From Bacteriovoracaceae bacterium (lineage in GTDB: Bacteria; Bdellovibrionota; Bacteriovoracia; Bacteriovoracales; Bacteriovoracaceae), in contig JBLWTJ010000003.1 in NCBI GenBank assembly GCA_048270185.1, positions 32,001-96,000 on the forward strand: DNA of 64,000 bases. The letters run 5' to 3'. The position numbers and the translations under genes are program-made. Under the pieces are notes generated by a model. It was not told where the DNA came from and did not search any database. It saw only the letters and a list, made by a program, of their open reading frames with translations. Positions 1-10,134 of this stretch are shown here, piece after piece; positions within the stretch are counted from its first letter, which is position 1; the number at the start of each line of letters is the position of its first letter.

Positions 1-749
1 AAGATGAGGTCGATATTATCGAACTAGGAGCTGGCGATGGACATAAGAGTGAGCTTCTACTCGATTCTCTCTTAGCACAGGGAAAGACTGTTAATTACTA
101 TCCTGTCGATATTTCAAGTGAGGCCATTAATCAATTAGAAGATACACTTAGACCTAAAGAGAATTTAAATGTACATGCAATTGTTGCAGACTATCTTGAT
201 GGGTTAAAATTCTTGAAGGAGAAGTCAAAGAATCGAAAGATTGTACTCTTTCTAGGGTCAAATATTGGCAATTTTAACCGCGAAGGTTGTCTGAATTTCT
301 TGAGTCAGGTTTGGATGAATTTGAATGATAATGATTATGCCTTAATTGGTTTTGATCTAAAAAAGGATATTTCAAAACTTAATGCAGCCTACAATGATTC
401 AAGTGGCCACACTCGTGCTTTTAATTTAAATCTCTTAAAGCGTATCAATAAAGAATTAGGGGCAAACTTTAATATCGATAAGTTTCAACATGTCGGCTTC
501 TTTAACCCTAAGATCGGTGCAATGGAGAGTTATCTTGTTCCAATCCAAAAACAAGAAGTCTATATTGAAAAGCTTGAGCAAAAGTTTGTTTTTGAAGCCT
601 TTGAACCTCTGCACTTAGAATACTCTTTTAAGTACTCGGCCGACGATATTCATGAGATTTGTCAGCAGACAGGTTTTGTTGTGGAAGAACACTATAGTGA
701 TAAGAAGCACTACTTTATCGACTCACTTTTAAGGGTGTGTAAACATTAG
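1..749 (+). CDS. egtD: L-histidine N-alpha-methyltransferase EgtD-like (5' partial)
   Basis: Frame is open from base 3 (DEVDIIELGAGDGHKS, SAM motif) into the track ORF; motifs FLGSNIGNF, IGFDLKKD, AAYNDSSG, FNLNLL, EYSFKY. Confidence 0.85.
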   Translation, partial: DEVDIIELGAGDGHKSELLLDSLLAQGKTVNYYPVDISSEAINQLEDTLRPKENLNVHAIVADYLDGLKFLKEKSKNRKIVLFLGSNIGNFNREGCLNFLSQVWMNLNDNDYALIGFDLKKDISKLNAAYNDSSGHTRAFNLNLLKRINKELGANFNIDKFQHVGFFNPKIGAMESYLVPIQKQEVYIEKLEQKFVFEAFEPLHLEYSFKYSADDIHEICQQTGFVVEEHYSDKKHYFIDSLLRVCKH

Positions 750-785
750 TTATAGCAATAAGTCTCTTTAGCGGTTATCCTATTT

Positions 786-1151
786 TTGATGAAATGGATG
801 AAGAAGATTGAAGATATTTATCTTAATGGTGTGCTTTATGTTGCATCAAAGAAAAAAGGAATGCTCTTAAGGCTACGTCGTTCACTAGTCATTCTAAAAG
901 AAGGATTAGAGCAAGAAACCTTTGAAACAAAGGAAATGTTCTCAATCTATAGTCGCTATACTCAAGGACAAGCAACGAAGGAAGAGATGCAAATTGCCAA
1001 TATGCAATTTCGTGAGATTCTAAAGGGACTAGGATTAGGAGTTCTACTTGTCTTACCATTTGCACCTTTGACCCTTCCCTTTGTTGTAAAACTAGGAAAG
1101 AAGTTTGGAATTGAGATAATTCCATCATCATTTAGAGATAAGAATAGATAG
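786..1151 (+). CDS. small membrane protein with LETM1-like segment
   Basis: C-terminal GLGVLLVLPFAPLTLPFVVK...IIPSSF resembles the LETM1 TM/proline motif. Confidence 0.5.
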   Translation: MMKWMKKIEDIYLNGVLYVASKKKGMLLRLRRSLVILKEGLEQETFETKEMFSIYSRYTQGQATKEEMQIANMQFREILKGLGLGVLLVLPFAPLTLPFVVKLGKKFGIEIIPSSFRDKNR

Positions 1152-1159
1152 GAGCTATT

Positions 1160-1594
1160 ATGGGGATATATACAACAGTAACAAAAGGCTACTCTGATAG
1201 AATTGAGTTGGATCTGACTGCCGAACACAAAGATGGCCTAACGATCACTCCTCCTCCAGAGTTTAATGGTGTTGAAGACCAGTGGAGTCCCGAAGATCTC
1301 TTCAGTGCAAGTATATCAAGTTGTTACATACTAACATTTAAGTCTTTTGCTGCTTTTAAGAAAATGGAATTTAACCATATCGAAGTCAAAGCAGATGCTC
1401 ATCTCGAAAAAGTAGACAAGGGATTCGCTTTTACCAAGTGTGATATTTACGCTAATCTCGAAATTTGTTGTGAGAGTGATGTTGATCCTTATTTAGATTT
1501 GCTTTATAAAGCAAAGGATAACTGTCTTGTTACAAAGTCCATGAAGTGTGAATTCACACTCCATCCTAAGATTAAGAATCTTGCAAAGAAGTAA
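1160..1594 (+). CDS. OsmC/Ohr family peroxiredoxin-like protein
   Basis: PPEF.G, WSPEDLF..SISSC and second Cys in AKDNCLV; GGAG RBS. Confidence 0.85.
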   Translation: MGIYTTVTKGYSDRIELDLTAEHKDGLTITPPPEFNGVEDQWSPEDLFSASISSCYILTFKSFAAFKKMEFNHIEVKADAHLEKVDKGFAFTKCDIYANLEICCESDVDPYLDLLYKAKDNCLVTKSMKCEFTLHPKIKNLAKK

Positions 1595-1595
1595 T

Positions 1596-2777
1596 TTACA
1601 TAAGACCTTTAAGCATTCCATACCAATAGACAGATGGTAGAATGTGGGCCTTCAGAAAGTACATACTCCATCGGGGCTTTGCCTGATCAAATGGAAAAGT
1701 TTCACAAGGCTTACCATCGTAATCAAACTCGGCAAGAATCAGTTGCCCATATCCTGTGACTATTGGGCAAGAAGAGTAGCCATTATATGAAGTATTGAAA
1801 TCAGTTTCTTTATTAATGAATTTAGCAATATTATCGGCCAGGACTGGTGCCTGCTTTCTTACTGCTGCTCCTGTTTTTGCTGTCGGTGCATTTGTGGCAT
1901 CTCCAATTGCAAAGACATTTTCAAACTTTGTGCTTTGAAAAGTGTGCTTGTTAACATCGACCCAACCATTCTCATCAAGAAGATTACTATCCTTTAGAAA
2001 ATCTGGTGCCGACATTGGGGGAACGATATGAATAAATGAGAAGTCTTTTTCAATAACTTTTTCTGAATCCATTTCCTTGAAGTACGCCTTTTGATTCTCG
2101 GCATCAACCTTTTGTAGATCAATTCTAAAGTGAGTATTAATTCCTCTCTCTTTAATGATTTTTTCTAGCGCAACCTTATACTTTGGCACTCCAAAGATAG
2201 CCTGACCTGCACTTGTGAACTCAATATTAACTCCATCGCGCTTACCATGACGACGTAGATAATCCTCAACTAAGTACATGATCTTTTGAGGTGCACCACC
2301 ACACTTTAAGGCCGATGATGGGAAGGTAAAGAGAGCATTACCCTTTTCAAGTTCCTGTAAGAACTTCCAAGTATAGTCCACATAGTTATAGTTATAATTT
2401 GAACAGACGCCGTTTTTACCCATACCTTCTGGAAGTCCCTCGATAGCACTCCAATTGATTTGAATACCTGGTGCGACTACGAGAATATCGTAGCTTTGCG
2501 TCCCACTCTTTTCCAATTCAATTTCATTCTTATCTGGTCGGATCTGAGTACAACGTTCTTGACGCCAATTAACGCCACTTGGAAGAACTGATGAAGTAAG
2601 TCTTCTAGTATCTTCTTTTTTGCCTATTCCGGCTCCATTGAGGGTCCAAAAAGGTTGATAATAGTGATATTCAGATGGTTCGATGATATCAATCTTAATT
2701 GACGAATTTAGTTTACGACGTAAGCGTGCCGCCATCGTCATTCCTGCAGTACCACCACCAATAATAATCACTTTCAT
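1596..2777 (-). CDS. sqr: sulfide:quinone oxidoreductase (FAD-dependent)
   Basis: GGGTAG FAD motif, YYQP, KCGGAPQK, GDA, YNGYSSCP, LAEFDY, ETFPFDQ. Confidence 0.85.
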   Translation of the reverse strand: MKVIIIGGGTAGMTMAARLRRKLNSSIKIDIIEPSEYHYYQPFWTLNGAGIGKKEDTRRLTSSVLPSGVNWRQERCTQIRPDKNEIELEKSGTQSYDILVVAPGIQINWSAIEGLPEGMGKNGVCSNYNYNYVDYTWKFLQELEKGNALFTFPSSALKCGGAPQKIMYLVEDYLRRHGKRDGVNIEFTSAGQAIFGVPKYKVALEKIIKERGINTHFRIDLQKVDAENQKAYFKEMDSEKVIEKDFSFIHIVPPMSAPDFLKDSNLLDENGWVDVNKHTFQSTKFENVFAIGDATNAPTAKTGAAVRKQAPVLADNIAKFINKETDFNTSYNGYSSCPIVTGYGQLILAEFDYDGKPCETFPFDQAKPRWSMYFLKAHILPSVYWYGMLKGLM

Positions 2778-2890
2778 AGCATTCCCCTAATTATAATTGT
2801 TCAAATTTTACCATAAAGGATTTTGGGCTCAACTTTAATTATCATTAAGAATCAGATAGAATAATGACAAACAAAAAATAGGAGACTCAG

Positions 2891-3745
2891 ATGAGTGAAA
2901 AATATATCCCACCAAAAGTGTGGACTTATGAAGAAGGCAATGGCGGAAAGTTTGCAAATATTAATCGTCCAACTGCTGGCGCAAGATTTGATAAAGATCT
3001 ACCACGAGGAAAGCATCCATTTCAATTATATTCACTTGCCACTCCTAATGGTGTGAAAGTCACAATCATGTTTGAAGAATTACTTGAGCTTGGAATTAAA
3101 GAAGCGGAGTATGATGCCTATACGATCGATATTGGAGAAGGCAATCAATTTGGATCTGAGTTCGTTGCGATTAATCCAAACTCAAAGATTCCTGCACTCT
3201 TAGATATGAATGGTGGAAATCCGATACGACTTTTTGAATCAGGCTCAATTCTCTTACACCTTGCTAATAAATTCGATAAATTTCTTCCGAAAGATGAAAA
3301 CAAAAGAGCGCAGACTCTTAACTGGCTCTTTTGGCAAATGGGTAGTGCTCCTTACCTTGGTGGTGGTTTCGGTCATTTCTATGCATATGCTCCAGAGAAA
3401 TTTGAATACCCAATTAATCGCTTTACCATGGAAACAAAGAGACAGCTTGATGTCCTCGATAAGCAACTTGCTAATAATAAATATATTGCAGGTGATGAGT
3501 ACACGATCGCTGATATCGCCATCTTCCCTTGGTATGGAGCCTTAGTTTCTGGCAAAGTCTATGATGCAGCAGAATTTCTAAGTGTTCATGAGTATGGGAA
3601 TATCAAACGCTGGATTGATGATTTAATAAAGAGGCCAGCTGTGCTTCGTGGCCGTCTCGTTAACCGAGCTTGGGGTGAAGAGAATCAACAGTTACTTGAG
3701 AGGCATGATAGTAGTGATTTTGAAGGGTTAGACCTTACATACTAG
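2891..3745 (+). CDS. yghU: glutathione-dependent disulfide-bond oxidoreductase (GST family)
   Basis: NRPTAGAR, LYSLATPNGVK, NPNSKIPAL, FESGSIL, WQMGSAPYLGGGFGHFY. Confidence 0.93.
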   Translation: MSEKYIPPKVWTYEEGNGGKFANINRPTAGARFDKDLPRGKHPFQLYSLATPNGVKVTIMFEELLELGIKEAEYDAYTIDIGEGNQFGSEFVAINPNSKIPALLDMNGGNPIRLFESGSILLHLANKFDKFLPKDENKRAQTLNWLFWQMGSAPYLGGGFGHFYAYAPEKFEYPINRFTMETKRQLDVLDKQLANNKYIAGDEYTIADIAIFPWYGALVSGKVYDAAEFLSVHEYGNIKRWIDDLIKRPAVLRGRLVNRAWGEENQQLLERHDSSDFEGLDLTY

Positions 3746-3808
3746 CTAAATAAATGCTGTATAATTTTCAAAAGTATTTGCATATAGGTTCATAAAAGCT
3801 ACATAGGC

Positions 3809-5017
3809 TTGATGAACAAACAACTGCTTATCTTTATCCTTATTCAGATGCTAGGCCCTTGTGCCTTTGCCCTTAATCTTGAAGGTAAGAGTTCCTATTT
3901 CAAAGACAAAGAAATTGAACGTGTTAATTCAGAGTTAACATCTTCTCAAATGGGCGAGCTTGATGCTTTCGAAGTGGAAAAGATCACTTGTGAGTACGAA
4001 TATTTTAAGGCCGTAAGAGAGCTTGATGGAGATATTAATCTTTCTGACTCGCTAATCTATCTAAGAGGGCAGGGAAGAATTGATGATACAAAGTATCGTC
4101 TAATTAACCGCAGTCTAAAATCATTTCAAGAAAGTTTAAAAGATAAGCACCTTGCTCCACTTTATCGTCGCGATAAAGACTTTGATAAGTCTCCGTATAA
4201 GAAATTTAATGAGGCCCTTGAAAAAGGGCAATGCTTCAATCTAGCCTATAAGAATCTTGTAAGCTCTATTGGTGAAACGAAGAAAGCTAAGATTATAAAA
4301 AGTCTTAAAGTTGCTTATCGAAAAAAACAAATTAATAAGCAGACCTACTGGCAGCTTAAAAGACTAGCTCAAGATCAGTATCAGGACGAGCCAAAATCAC
4401 TTCTTGATTATATCAAGGTTCAAGCATCTCTAACGAGACAATTTCCATCTCGAGTTGATATTGAAGCATCTGACTATATCTCTGGACGCAAGAGCAAGAA
4501 GAGCAAGGTTTCAAGACGTGAGCTTTTCTTAGCAAAGTATAATCAATTTCAAATTATCTATCTTAGAAAAATGATGGATCGTCTCCTTAATCGTCTTAAT
4601 GCTGATGAAGTGACAATCAGTGTAATTATTGATGATGAAGTGGTTGAAGAGATTCTTCTTGATCCTCTTGAACAATATCGTTTCGCTGCAAAAATGATTC
4701 GTAAAGAATTAGGGGACCTTCAGGTCATGAGTCTTTTTAATGGGACGAATGTGACTTTTGAGGATTTACTGGCCGCCGGTTTTGAAACAGCTTTAGTTTC
4801 AGGAAGTGATCTAGCAACACTTGAACTTGTTGAAGATGTTTGGAATCCAGAATTAACCAAATCAGAAAAAAGAAAGAAATTTATTAAGAAGTATGGAACG
4901 ATCTTTGCCGCAGCATTACCGACATCAGTATACTTTGTGAAAGTTCTCTCTCTTGTGGGAATTGAAATGTTAACTAAGACGAAAGAGGAGCCAAAGCGTG
5001 ATCACTCAATTTTCTAA
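3809..5017 (+). CDS. hypothetical protein, signal peptide and C-terminal hydrophobic segment
   Basis: 402-aa ORF with N-terminal signal-like sequence; overlaps the next gene. Confidence 0.75.
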   Translation: MMNKQLLIFILIQMLGPCAFALNLEGKSSYFKDKEIERVNSELTSSQMGELDAFEVEKITCEYEYFKAVRELDGDINLSDSLIYLRGQGRIDDTKYRLINRSLKSFQESLKDKHLAPLYRRDKDFDKSPYKKFNEALEKGQCFNLAYKNLVSSIGETKKAKIIKSLKVAYRKKQINKQTYWQLKRLAQDQYQDEPKSLLDYIKVQASLTRQFPSRVDIEASDYISGRKSKKSKVSRRELFLAKYNQFQIIYLRKMMDRLLNRLNADEVTISVIIDDEVVEEILLDPLEQYRFAAKMIRKELGDLQVMSLFNGTNVTFEDLLAAGFETALVSGSDLATLELVEDVWNPELTKSEKRKKFIKKYGTIFAAALPTSVYFVKVLSLVGIEMLTKTKEEPKRDHSIF

Positions 5018-6200
5018 GTTATTCATTGTGATACTCATTTTTACCCAAAGCTCTTTTGCAGCTTTTAAAACAAAGGTTCTTACTCGTGATGAGGATATGG
5101 ATCTTGTTGAGAAAGTAGTGACTTTATCTGCAATTAACTCCGAAGGACTTCTTGAAGATGAGAACTTTAAGGTCGTTTCAGGTAAGTCTAATGAAGCTCT
5201 TATTCTCTCTCAAATAATGAATGAGAAAGAGCGTATGCGTGCAGCAAGCGTTTACTTTCACTTGATGAAGGCTAAGACTTATTTCCTTGAAGAGGTAAAG
5301 TCTGATTACGTAAAACAAATGAAGCAGCTAACTATTCGCTTAAATATCAAAAATCAATTTAATTCAATTGGTCACTTTGCTCATGATAATTTATCGCCAG
5401 AGTATAATAATGCCTTATCAATTCCTCCTGGTGAGGGACGTGCTAAGTTCGGTATCAAGCCATGGGACTATGAAATCTGGTTTCGGCCAGCAAAGGTGAT
5501 TAGTCTGCCTAAAGAAGGAACAGAAAATGACTTCAATGAGGTTTCTGTTCTTTTTAAAGAATTTAGAAATCAATCTCGTATGGCAAGTTTTCAAAAATTT
5601 GTGGCCGACATGTTTGTACTTAATTCGACTGAACTAACGGCTTCTGGTTTAAATCTACTTGGCTCGACAGCAATTCTTGAAGCGTCATTTATTGCGATGA
5701 AATACCTCTATGGCTTTATTCAGCCTAAGAACTTCATGCTTGATACAAGTTTCGTTCCTGAAATTGTCTATCATGAATTCGCCCATGTGGCACTTAGTGA
5801 TCACTTAACATTAAGTCACTCTTCTCCTGTTAATGAAGGAATGGCCGATTTCTTTGCGGCCGCTATCGCAAAGAGTTCTAAGATTGCTCATAATATTAAA
5901 GGTTATGCTAAGCGAGTACGCGAAAAGGATGCCTTTAGAGATGAACTATATCAAGTAGGGTATGAGTCAAATGCTTATGCCAATATTGATTTTGTTCTTG
6001 GTGTTCTTTGGCAAGTAAGGCAGATCAATGAAAAACGAAGCAATGAAATTATCTACAATGTTAGAAAAAATATAAATAGTAGTTCGACAATTAGAAAAGA
6101 TCTTGTGCGCTCCATTTTAAAGGAATGCCGCAAATCTTGTGAGTCTCCATTTCGTGATCGTATAAAGCTTCTTGATGCATACGATGATATGGGGCTCTAA
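4998..6200 (+). CDS. secreted gluzincin-like zinc metallopeptidase
   Basis: Signal peptide; YHEFAH followed by NEGMADFF, as in M4/M36-type peptidases. Confidence 0.7.
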   Translation: MITQFSKLFIVILIFTQSSFAAFKTKVLTRDEDMDLVEKVVTLSAINSEGLLEDENFKVVSGKSNEALILSQIMNEKERMRAASVYFHLMKAKTYFLEEVKSDYVKQMKQLTIRLNIKNQFNSIGHFAHDNLSPEYNNALSIPPGEGRAKFGIKPWDYEIWFRPAKVISLPKEGTENDFNEVSVLFKEFRNQSRMASFQKFVADMFVLNSTELTASGLNLLGSTAILEASFIAMKYLYGFIQPKNFMLDTSFVPEIVYHEFAHVALSDHLTLSHSSPVNEGMADFFAAAIAKSSKIAHNIKGYAKRVREKDAFRDELYQVGYESNAYANIDFVLGVLWQVRQINEKRSNEIIYNVRKNINSSSTIRKDLVRSILKECRKSCESPFRDRIKLLDAYDDMGL

Positions 6201-6245
6201 TACAAGTAACTTAACTTTTTTTAAGATCATCTATGCCATATGGCG

Positions 6246-6274
6246 TTGACAAATATTGTTTAGTTGTGTACTTA
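6246..6274 (+). promoter_or_regulatory. possible sigma70 promoter
   Basis: Perfect TTGACA at 6246-6251, 17-nt spacer, weak -10 (TACTTA). Confidence 0.4.
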
Positions 6275-6312
6275 CACATCGTTGTTAATTATTAATTTTT
6301 TGGGAGACTTAA

Positions 6313-6819
6313 ATGTTTAAAAGACTAGTTGCGTTACTTGTTGTATGTTGTTCTTTCTCTGCAGTTGCTAGCGTTGATGCTAAAATTGCTCCAATTTTTG
6401 AAGAACTTGAGTTTAAATTATCTGTTGAGTGGGATCAAAAAGATCAAGCTTTCTATGATTCAGCTGTTAAAAACTTCGAAGGTAAACTTTCAAAGTTAGC
6501 TGAAGAAGGTGTAGAGCCAACTGCTGTTCTTAACTACCTACAAACGAATATCAAAGATAAGAAAGTTGCAACTGAACTTTCAGATATTATCAACTCAGTA
6601 GATGTTCAAAGTATGTCTCTTGAAGAATCAAAATCACTTATCAAAGATTACGTTGATGGAATGAATAATACAGGTGCTAATTACTCTGGTCGTTATGGTT
6701 ACTACTATGGTTGGTACTACATCGCTTTTGGTGGGGTAATTTTCTATACTTACTACTACTCAAGCTATTACTACTATGACTGTTACTATGATTACTACGG
6801 TTACTATGTTTGTTACTAA
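6313..6819 (+). CDS. secreted hypothetical protein with tyrosine-rich C-terminal tail
   Basis: GGAG RBS, signal peptide ending AVA, helical core (VEWDQKD), 22 Tyr in the last 48 residues. Confidence 0.85.
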   Translation: MFKRLVALLVVCCSFSAVASVDAKIAPIFEELEFKLSVEWDQKDQAFYDSAVKNFEGKLSKLAEEGVEPTAVLNYLQTNIKDKKVATELSDIINSVDVQSMSLEESKSLIKDYVDGMNNTGANYSGRYGYYYGWYYIAFGGVIFYTYYYSSYYYYDCYYDYYGYYVCY

Positions 6820-6839
6820 TTAGAAATTAACATAAAAAG

Positions 6840-6864
6840 AAAGCCTCCAATCGGAGGCTTTTTT
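6840..6864 (+). terminator. rho-independent terminator
   Basis: AAGCCTCC-aatc-GGAGGCTT followed by T run. Confidence 0.85.
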
Positions 6865-6990
6865 ATTACCAATATCCTAGACATAATCCACCCCAATTTT
6901 AAATGAAACAAATTAATACTATTTGATTAGAGTATAAATCAATTTACTTATTGAGTGGCTAAGAGAGAAAGAAAGAGATAAGATGCACCT

Positions 6991-7965
6991 ATGGAAAACC
7001 AATTTATCTTTGTTTGTACAAATGTCGGAAATGAAAAACTCTTAAAAGAGGAAGTTCTAAACTTTTACCCCGAGCTGAAGTTTAGCTTTTCTAAGAAAGG
7101 ATTTGTAACATTCAAAAACACTGGTGTTCTCTACGATTTAAAGTCAATAGCACAGCTTCAATTAGCATTCTCAACACGAATTGGCCTCTTCTATGGAAAG
7201 GCAAAATCGGCGACAATTAAAGATGAAATTGAAAAAGTAGGATTTGATTTAAACGAAGTATTAATCCATTCTTTTAGTATTAATACTGATTATATTTTTG
7301 ATGCAGAAGAAGTTTTTGGCCCAGAGGTGAATTCTTATAGTGCCGACGGTAAAACGGTTGTGGATATTATGGCCCTTGGTGATGATGATCTATGGTTTGG
7401 TGCTCATACTGTTGCAGCGGGGATCACTCGTTATCCAAATGCGAATGCTAATTTAGATATTTCTGTGAAAACTCTATCTAGTGGATATGAAAAGCTAGCT
7501 CAAATTGTTCACTTATACTCAATTAAAATTTTTCGTGGAGATCTTTGGTTGGACTTTGGTGCGGCCCCAGGTGGTTCAAGTCAATTCTTATTAGAACAAG
7601 GATTAAAAGTTGTTGGTATTGATACCGCAAAGGCCCATGATGAAAATTTAAAAGATCGTAATTACAAACATATTAGAAAGTCTGTTCAGGACCTTTCACA
7701 AGAAGAGTTACCAGATGAAGTTCGTTGGGTTCATGCTGATCTTAATATAAACCCAAAGCAATCCATTAAAGAAGTTCTAAGACTTATTAAGAAGTACAAT
7801 AAGACATTAAAAGGGATTATCTTTACTGTTCAAGTTGTAAAGCCAGATATTATTAAGCATGTTGAGGAATTTGAAGATCAATTTTATGATTGGGGATTTC
7901 ACAATATCATTAGTCGCCAAGTGCCTGCCCATAAGAGCGAGTATGTGATCTTGGCAACTAGATAG
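6991..7965 (+). CDS. RlmM/FtsJ-like SAM-dependent RNA methyltransferase
   Basis: SSGYEKL, LDFGAAPGGSS, ADLN motifs. Confidence 0.7.
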   Translation: MENQFIFVCTNVGNEKLLKEEVLNFYPELKFSFSKKGFVTFKNTGVLYDLKSIAQLQLAFSTRIGLFYGKAKSATIKDEIEKVGFDLNEVLIHSFSINTDYIFDAEEVFGPEVNSYSADGKTVVDIMALGDDDLWFGAHTVAAGITRYPNANANLDISVKTLSSGYEKLAQIVHLYSIKIFRGDLWLDFGAAPGGSSQFLLEQGLKVVGIDTAKAHDENLKDRNYKHIRKSVQDLSQEELPDEVRWVHADLNINPKQSIKEVLRLIKKYNKTLKGIIFTVQVVKPDIIKHVEEFEDQFYDWGFHNIISRQVPAHKSEYVILATR

Positions 7966-7967
7966 TA

Positions 7968-8873
7968 TTATTTACGACGGCGATGCTTACCCTTGGCGTT
8001 TTGCTTTCGCTTTTCTTCGCGTTTAGTTGTCTTCCCACTGAAGTTAAATTCTTTATCCAACTCTTTAAAGAGTTTATCGTACTTACTCTTTTTCTTCTTT
8101 TGTTGCTGTTGTGGTTTTTTGACGATCTTCTTAGGGGCCTTCTTGTCTTCAGAAGAGGATCCCTCGATAAGCTTGTAGAGCCTTGCTATTTCGTCCTCAG
8201 TTAACTCGCGCCAGTCTCCAACACCAAGGCCAGATAGGCCAATATTCATAATGCGGACTCGATCTAACTTTGTCACATTGTAGCTGAAGTATTCGCACAT
8301 TCTTCTAATCTGACGGTTGAGACCTTGTACGAGAGTGATACTAAAGATATTCATACTTTCTTGTTCAACACGACACTTCTTAGTCATTGTTCCAAGGATT
8401 GGAACACCGCCGGCCATTCCTTCAATAAAGGCATCGGTGATTGGCCTATCAACAGTAACCATGTACTCTTTTTCGTGATTATTTCCAGCTCGTAGAATCT
8501 TATTAACGATATCACCATTATTTGTGAGAAAGATGAGTCCTTGTGAATCCTTATCGAGACGTCCGATAGGGAAGATTCGTTCGACGTGATTAACATAGTC
8601 GACAATATTATCTTTTTCACTACTCTCTGTAGTACTCACAATTCCACGTGGTTTATTAAGAGCAATGATAATTTCTTTTTCTTTAACCTTAGGCTTAACA
8701 ACAACACCGCGAACCTCAACGACATCACCTTCATGTACAGTCGCACCAATTCCAGCAATTTTTCCGTTAATTTTAACAACTTGTTGCTCGATTAAATCAT
8801 CAACCTCGCGACGAGAGCACATACCACTTTGGCTAATATACTTATTGATTCTCATTGAATTATCATTTTCCAT
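7968..8873 (-). CDS. rluF: 23S rRNA pseudouridine synthase RluF
   Basis: S4 domain [47 protein letters not shown]; basic tail. Confidence 0.92.
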   Translation of the reverse strand: MENDNSMRINKYISQSGMCSRREVDDLIEQQVVKINGKIAGIGATVHEGDVVEVRGVVVKPKVKEKEIIIALNKPRGIVSTTESSEKDNIVDYVNHVERIFPIGRLDKDSQGLIFLTNNGDIVNKILRAGNNHEKEYMVTVDRPITDAFIEGMAGGVPILGTMTKKCRVEQESMNIFSITLVQGLNRQIRRMCEYFSYNVTKLDRVRIMNIGLSGLGVGDWRELTEDEIARLYKLIEGSSSEDKKAPKKIVKKPQQQQKKKKSKYDKLFKELDKEFNFSGKTTKREEKRKQNAKGKHRRRK

Positions 8874-8959
8874 GAGGCTTATTTAGCATATTTTTATGTC
8901 ATAAATATAGCATCATGAAAAAAATCTCTCTTTTTAATTCCAATGTGTTATGTAAGGGC

Positions 8960-10126
8960 ATGAGCAAAAAGAAAAAATCGGCTATGGCACTACAAGGTGT
9001 AGGAATTGCACCAAATATTCTCCTTCAACATGTTGAAAATACAGCACCTTTTCTCTTTCAAGGGGAGCTTGATACAAAGGGTGAAAAGAAAGAATTCTTA
9101 GAAAAACTGAGGTTCTATAAGAAGAATCTCAAACAGCTAAATAATATCAATCTAGCTGAGTATTTTCATATCTGTCTATGTGCTCACTGGACGACGGCCG
9201 GAACTTTTGTTCCAACTGATGTGGACAATCAAATTCGCGAGACATTGTGGAAGCATAATCAAATTCTAAAATATATCGATAAAATGGCCCAGCTTACAAT
9301 TGATTCATGGACATGGGATTACTCTCAGGTCACAAGTCGTAAGGCATATAACAATGATAATAATACAGTCATGAGCACTCACGAGGGGACTTGGCTAAGT
9401 GTTGCCATTGGTGCTTACTGTGCTCTCGTTAAATACAAGAAGACAGAGCTTGCTCAAGAGATGGCCGATGTTATTCTTGAAGAAATTAAGAAAGAAGAAT
9501 TGATCATGCTTAAGCTTCGTGAAGAGCGAGACCATATCAACTTCTTAAGAGCTGCTCCTCTTATGGCCCATAACTTTGGTGATCTTGATCGCGTGATGGT
9601 TCAATGGAATATGGATCCAGAAGATGCATTCTATAAACGTATCTTTAAACTAGGCCACCAGCTTAATGAAAATTATGACCCAATTCTAGTTTATACAGGA
9701 AAAGTTAATAAGGAATTCTCTTCAAAAGAAAATCACCGCCATATGTCCATGAGACAACCAAAATGCTTAAGAAAATCTTCAAAATTTCTAATTCCTGTTG
9801 GTCCGTTTATGGATGATTGGGGGAAAGTATTAGGTGAGAGTGAACTTCTTTCAATGGAAGAGAAAGCCGAAATCGTGACAGCTTTCTACGATGGTTATAA
9901 GAGGCAAGATGAAGCCTTCGGTTATATTAGAGGATATAAGAATCTAGTCGAATCGATTGATGGTGGTCTGGCCGCTCTTGAACAATATCTTCCATTTGAT
10001 CTCGTTGCAGAAATGAAGAAGTCTGAATTTAGTGAGCAGGCTAAAATCTCACAAGAAGAATTTGAGGCTAGCTACAAGAAGCGTCTTGAAGATTTTGAGT
10101 GCCCGGTTACAAAAATTAAATTTTAA
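8960..10126 (+). CDS. hypothetical cytoplasmic protein with His/Glu motifs
   Basis: Long ORF (track start 8915; ATG 8960 is an alternative); THEGTWL, AHNFGDLDR, ENHRH. Confidence 0.75.
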   Translation: MSKKKKSAMALQGVGIAPNILLQHVENTAPFLFQGELDTKGEKKEFLEKLRFYKKNLKQLNNINLAEYFHICLCAHWTTAGTFVPTDVDNQIRETLWKHNQILKYIDKMAQLTIDSWTWDYSQVTSRKAYNNDNNTVMSTHEGTWLSVAIGAYCALVKYKKTELAQEMADVILEEIKKEELIMLKLREERDHINFLRAAPLMAHNFGDLDRVMVQWNMDPEDAFYKRIFKLGHQLNENYDPILVYTGKVNKEFSSKENHRHMSMRQPKCLRKSSKFLIPVGPFMDDWGKVLGESELLSMEEKAEIVTAFYDGYKRQDEAFGYIRGYKNLVESIDGGLAALEQYLPFDLVAEMKKSEFSEQAKISQEEFEASYKKRLEDFECPVTKIKF

Positions 10127-10134
10127 TGACTTTT

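Noticed and set aside
6673..6819. Diversity-generating retroelement target or CRISPR-like repeat in the Tyr-rich tail
   Set aside because: No template repeat, reverse transcriptase or repeat-spacer periodicity seen in the window; it is low-complexity coding sequence.
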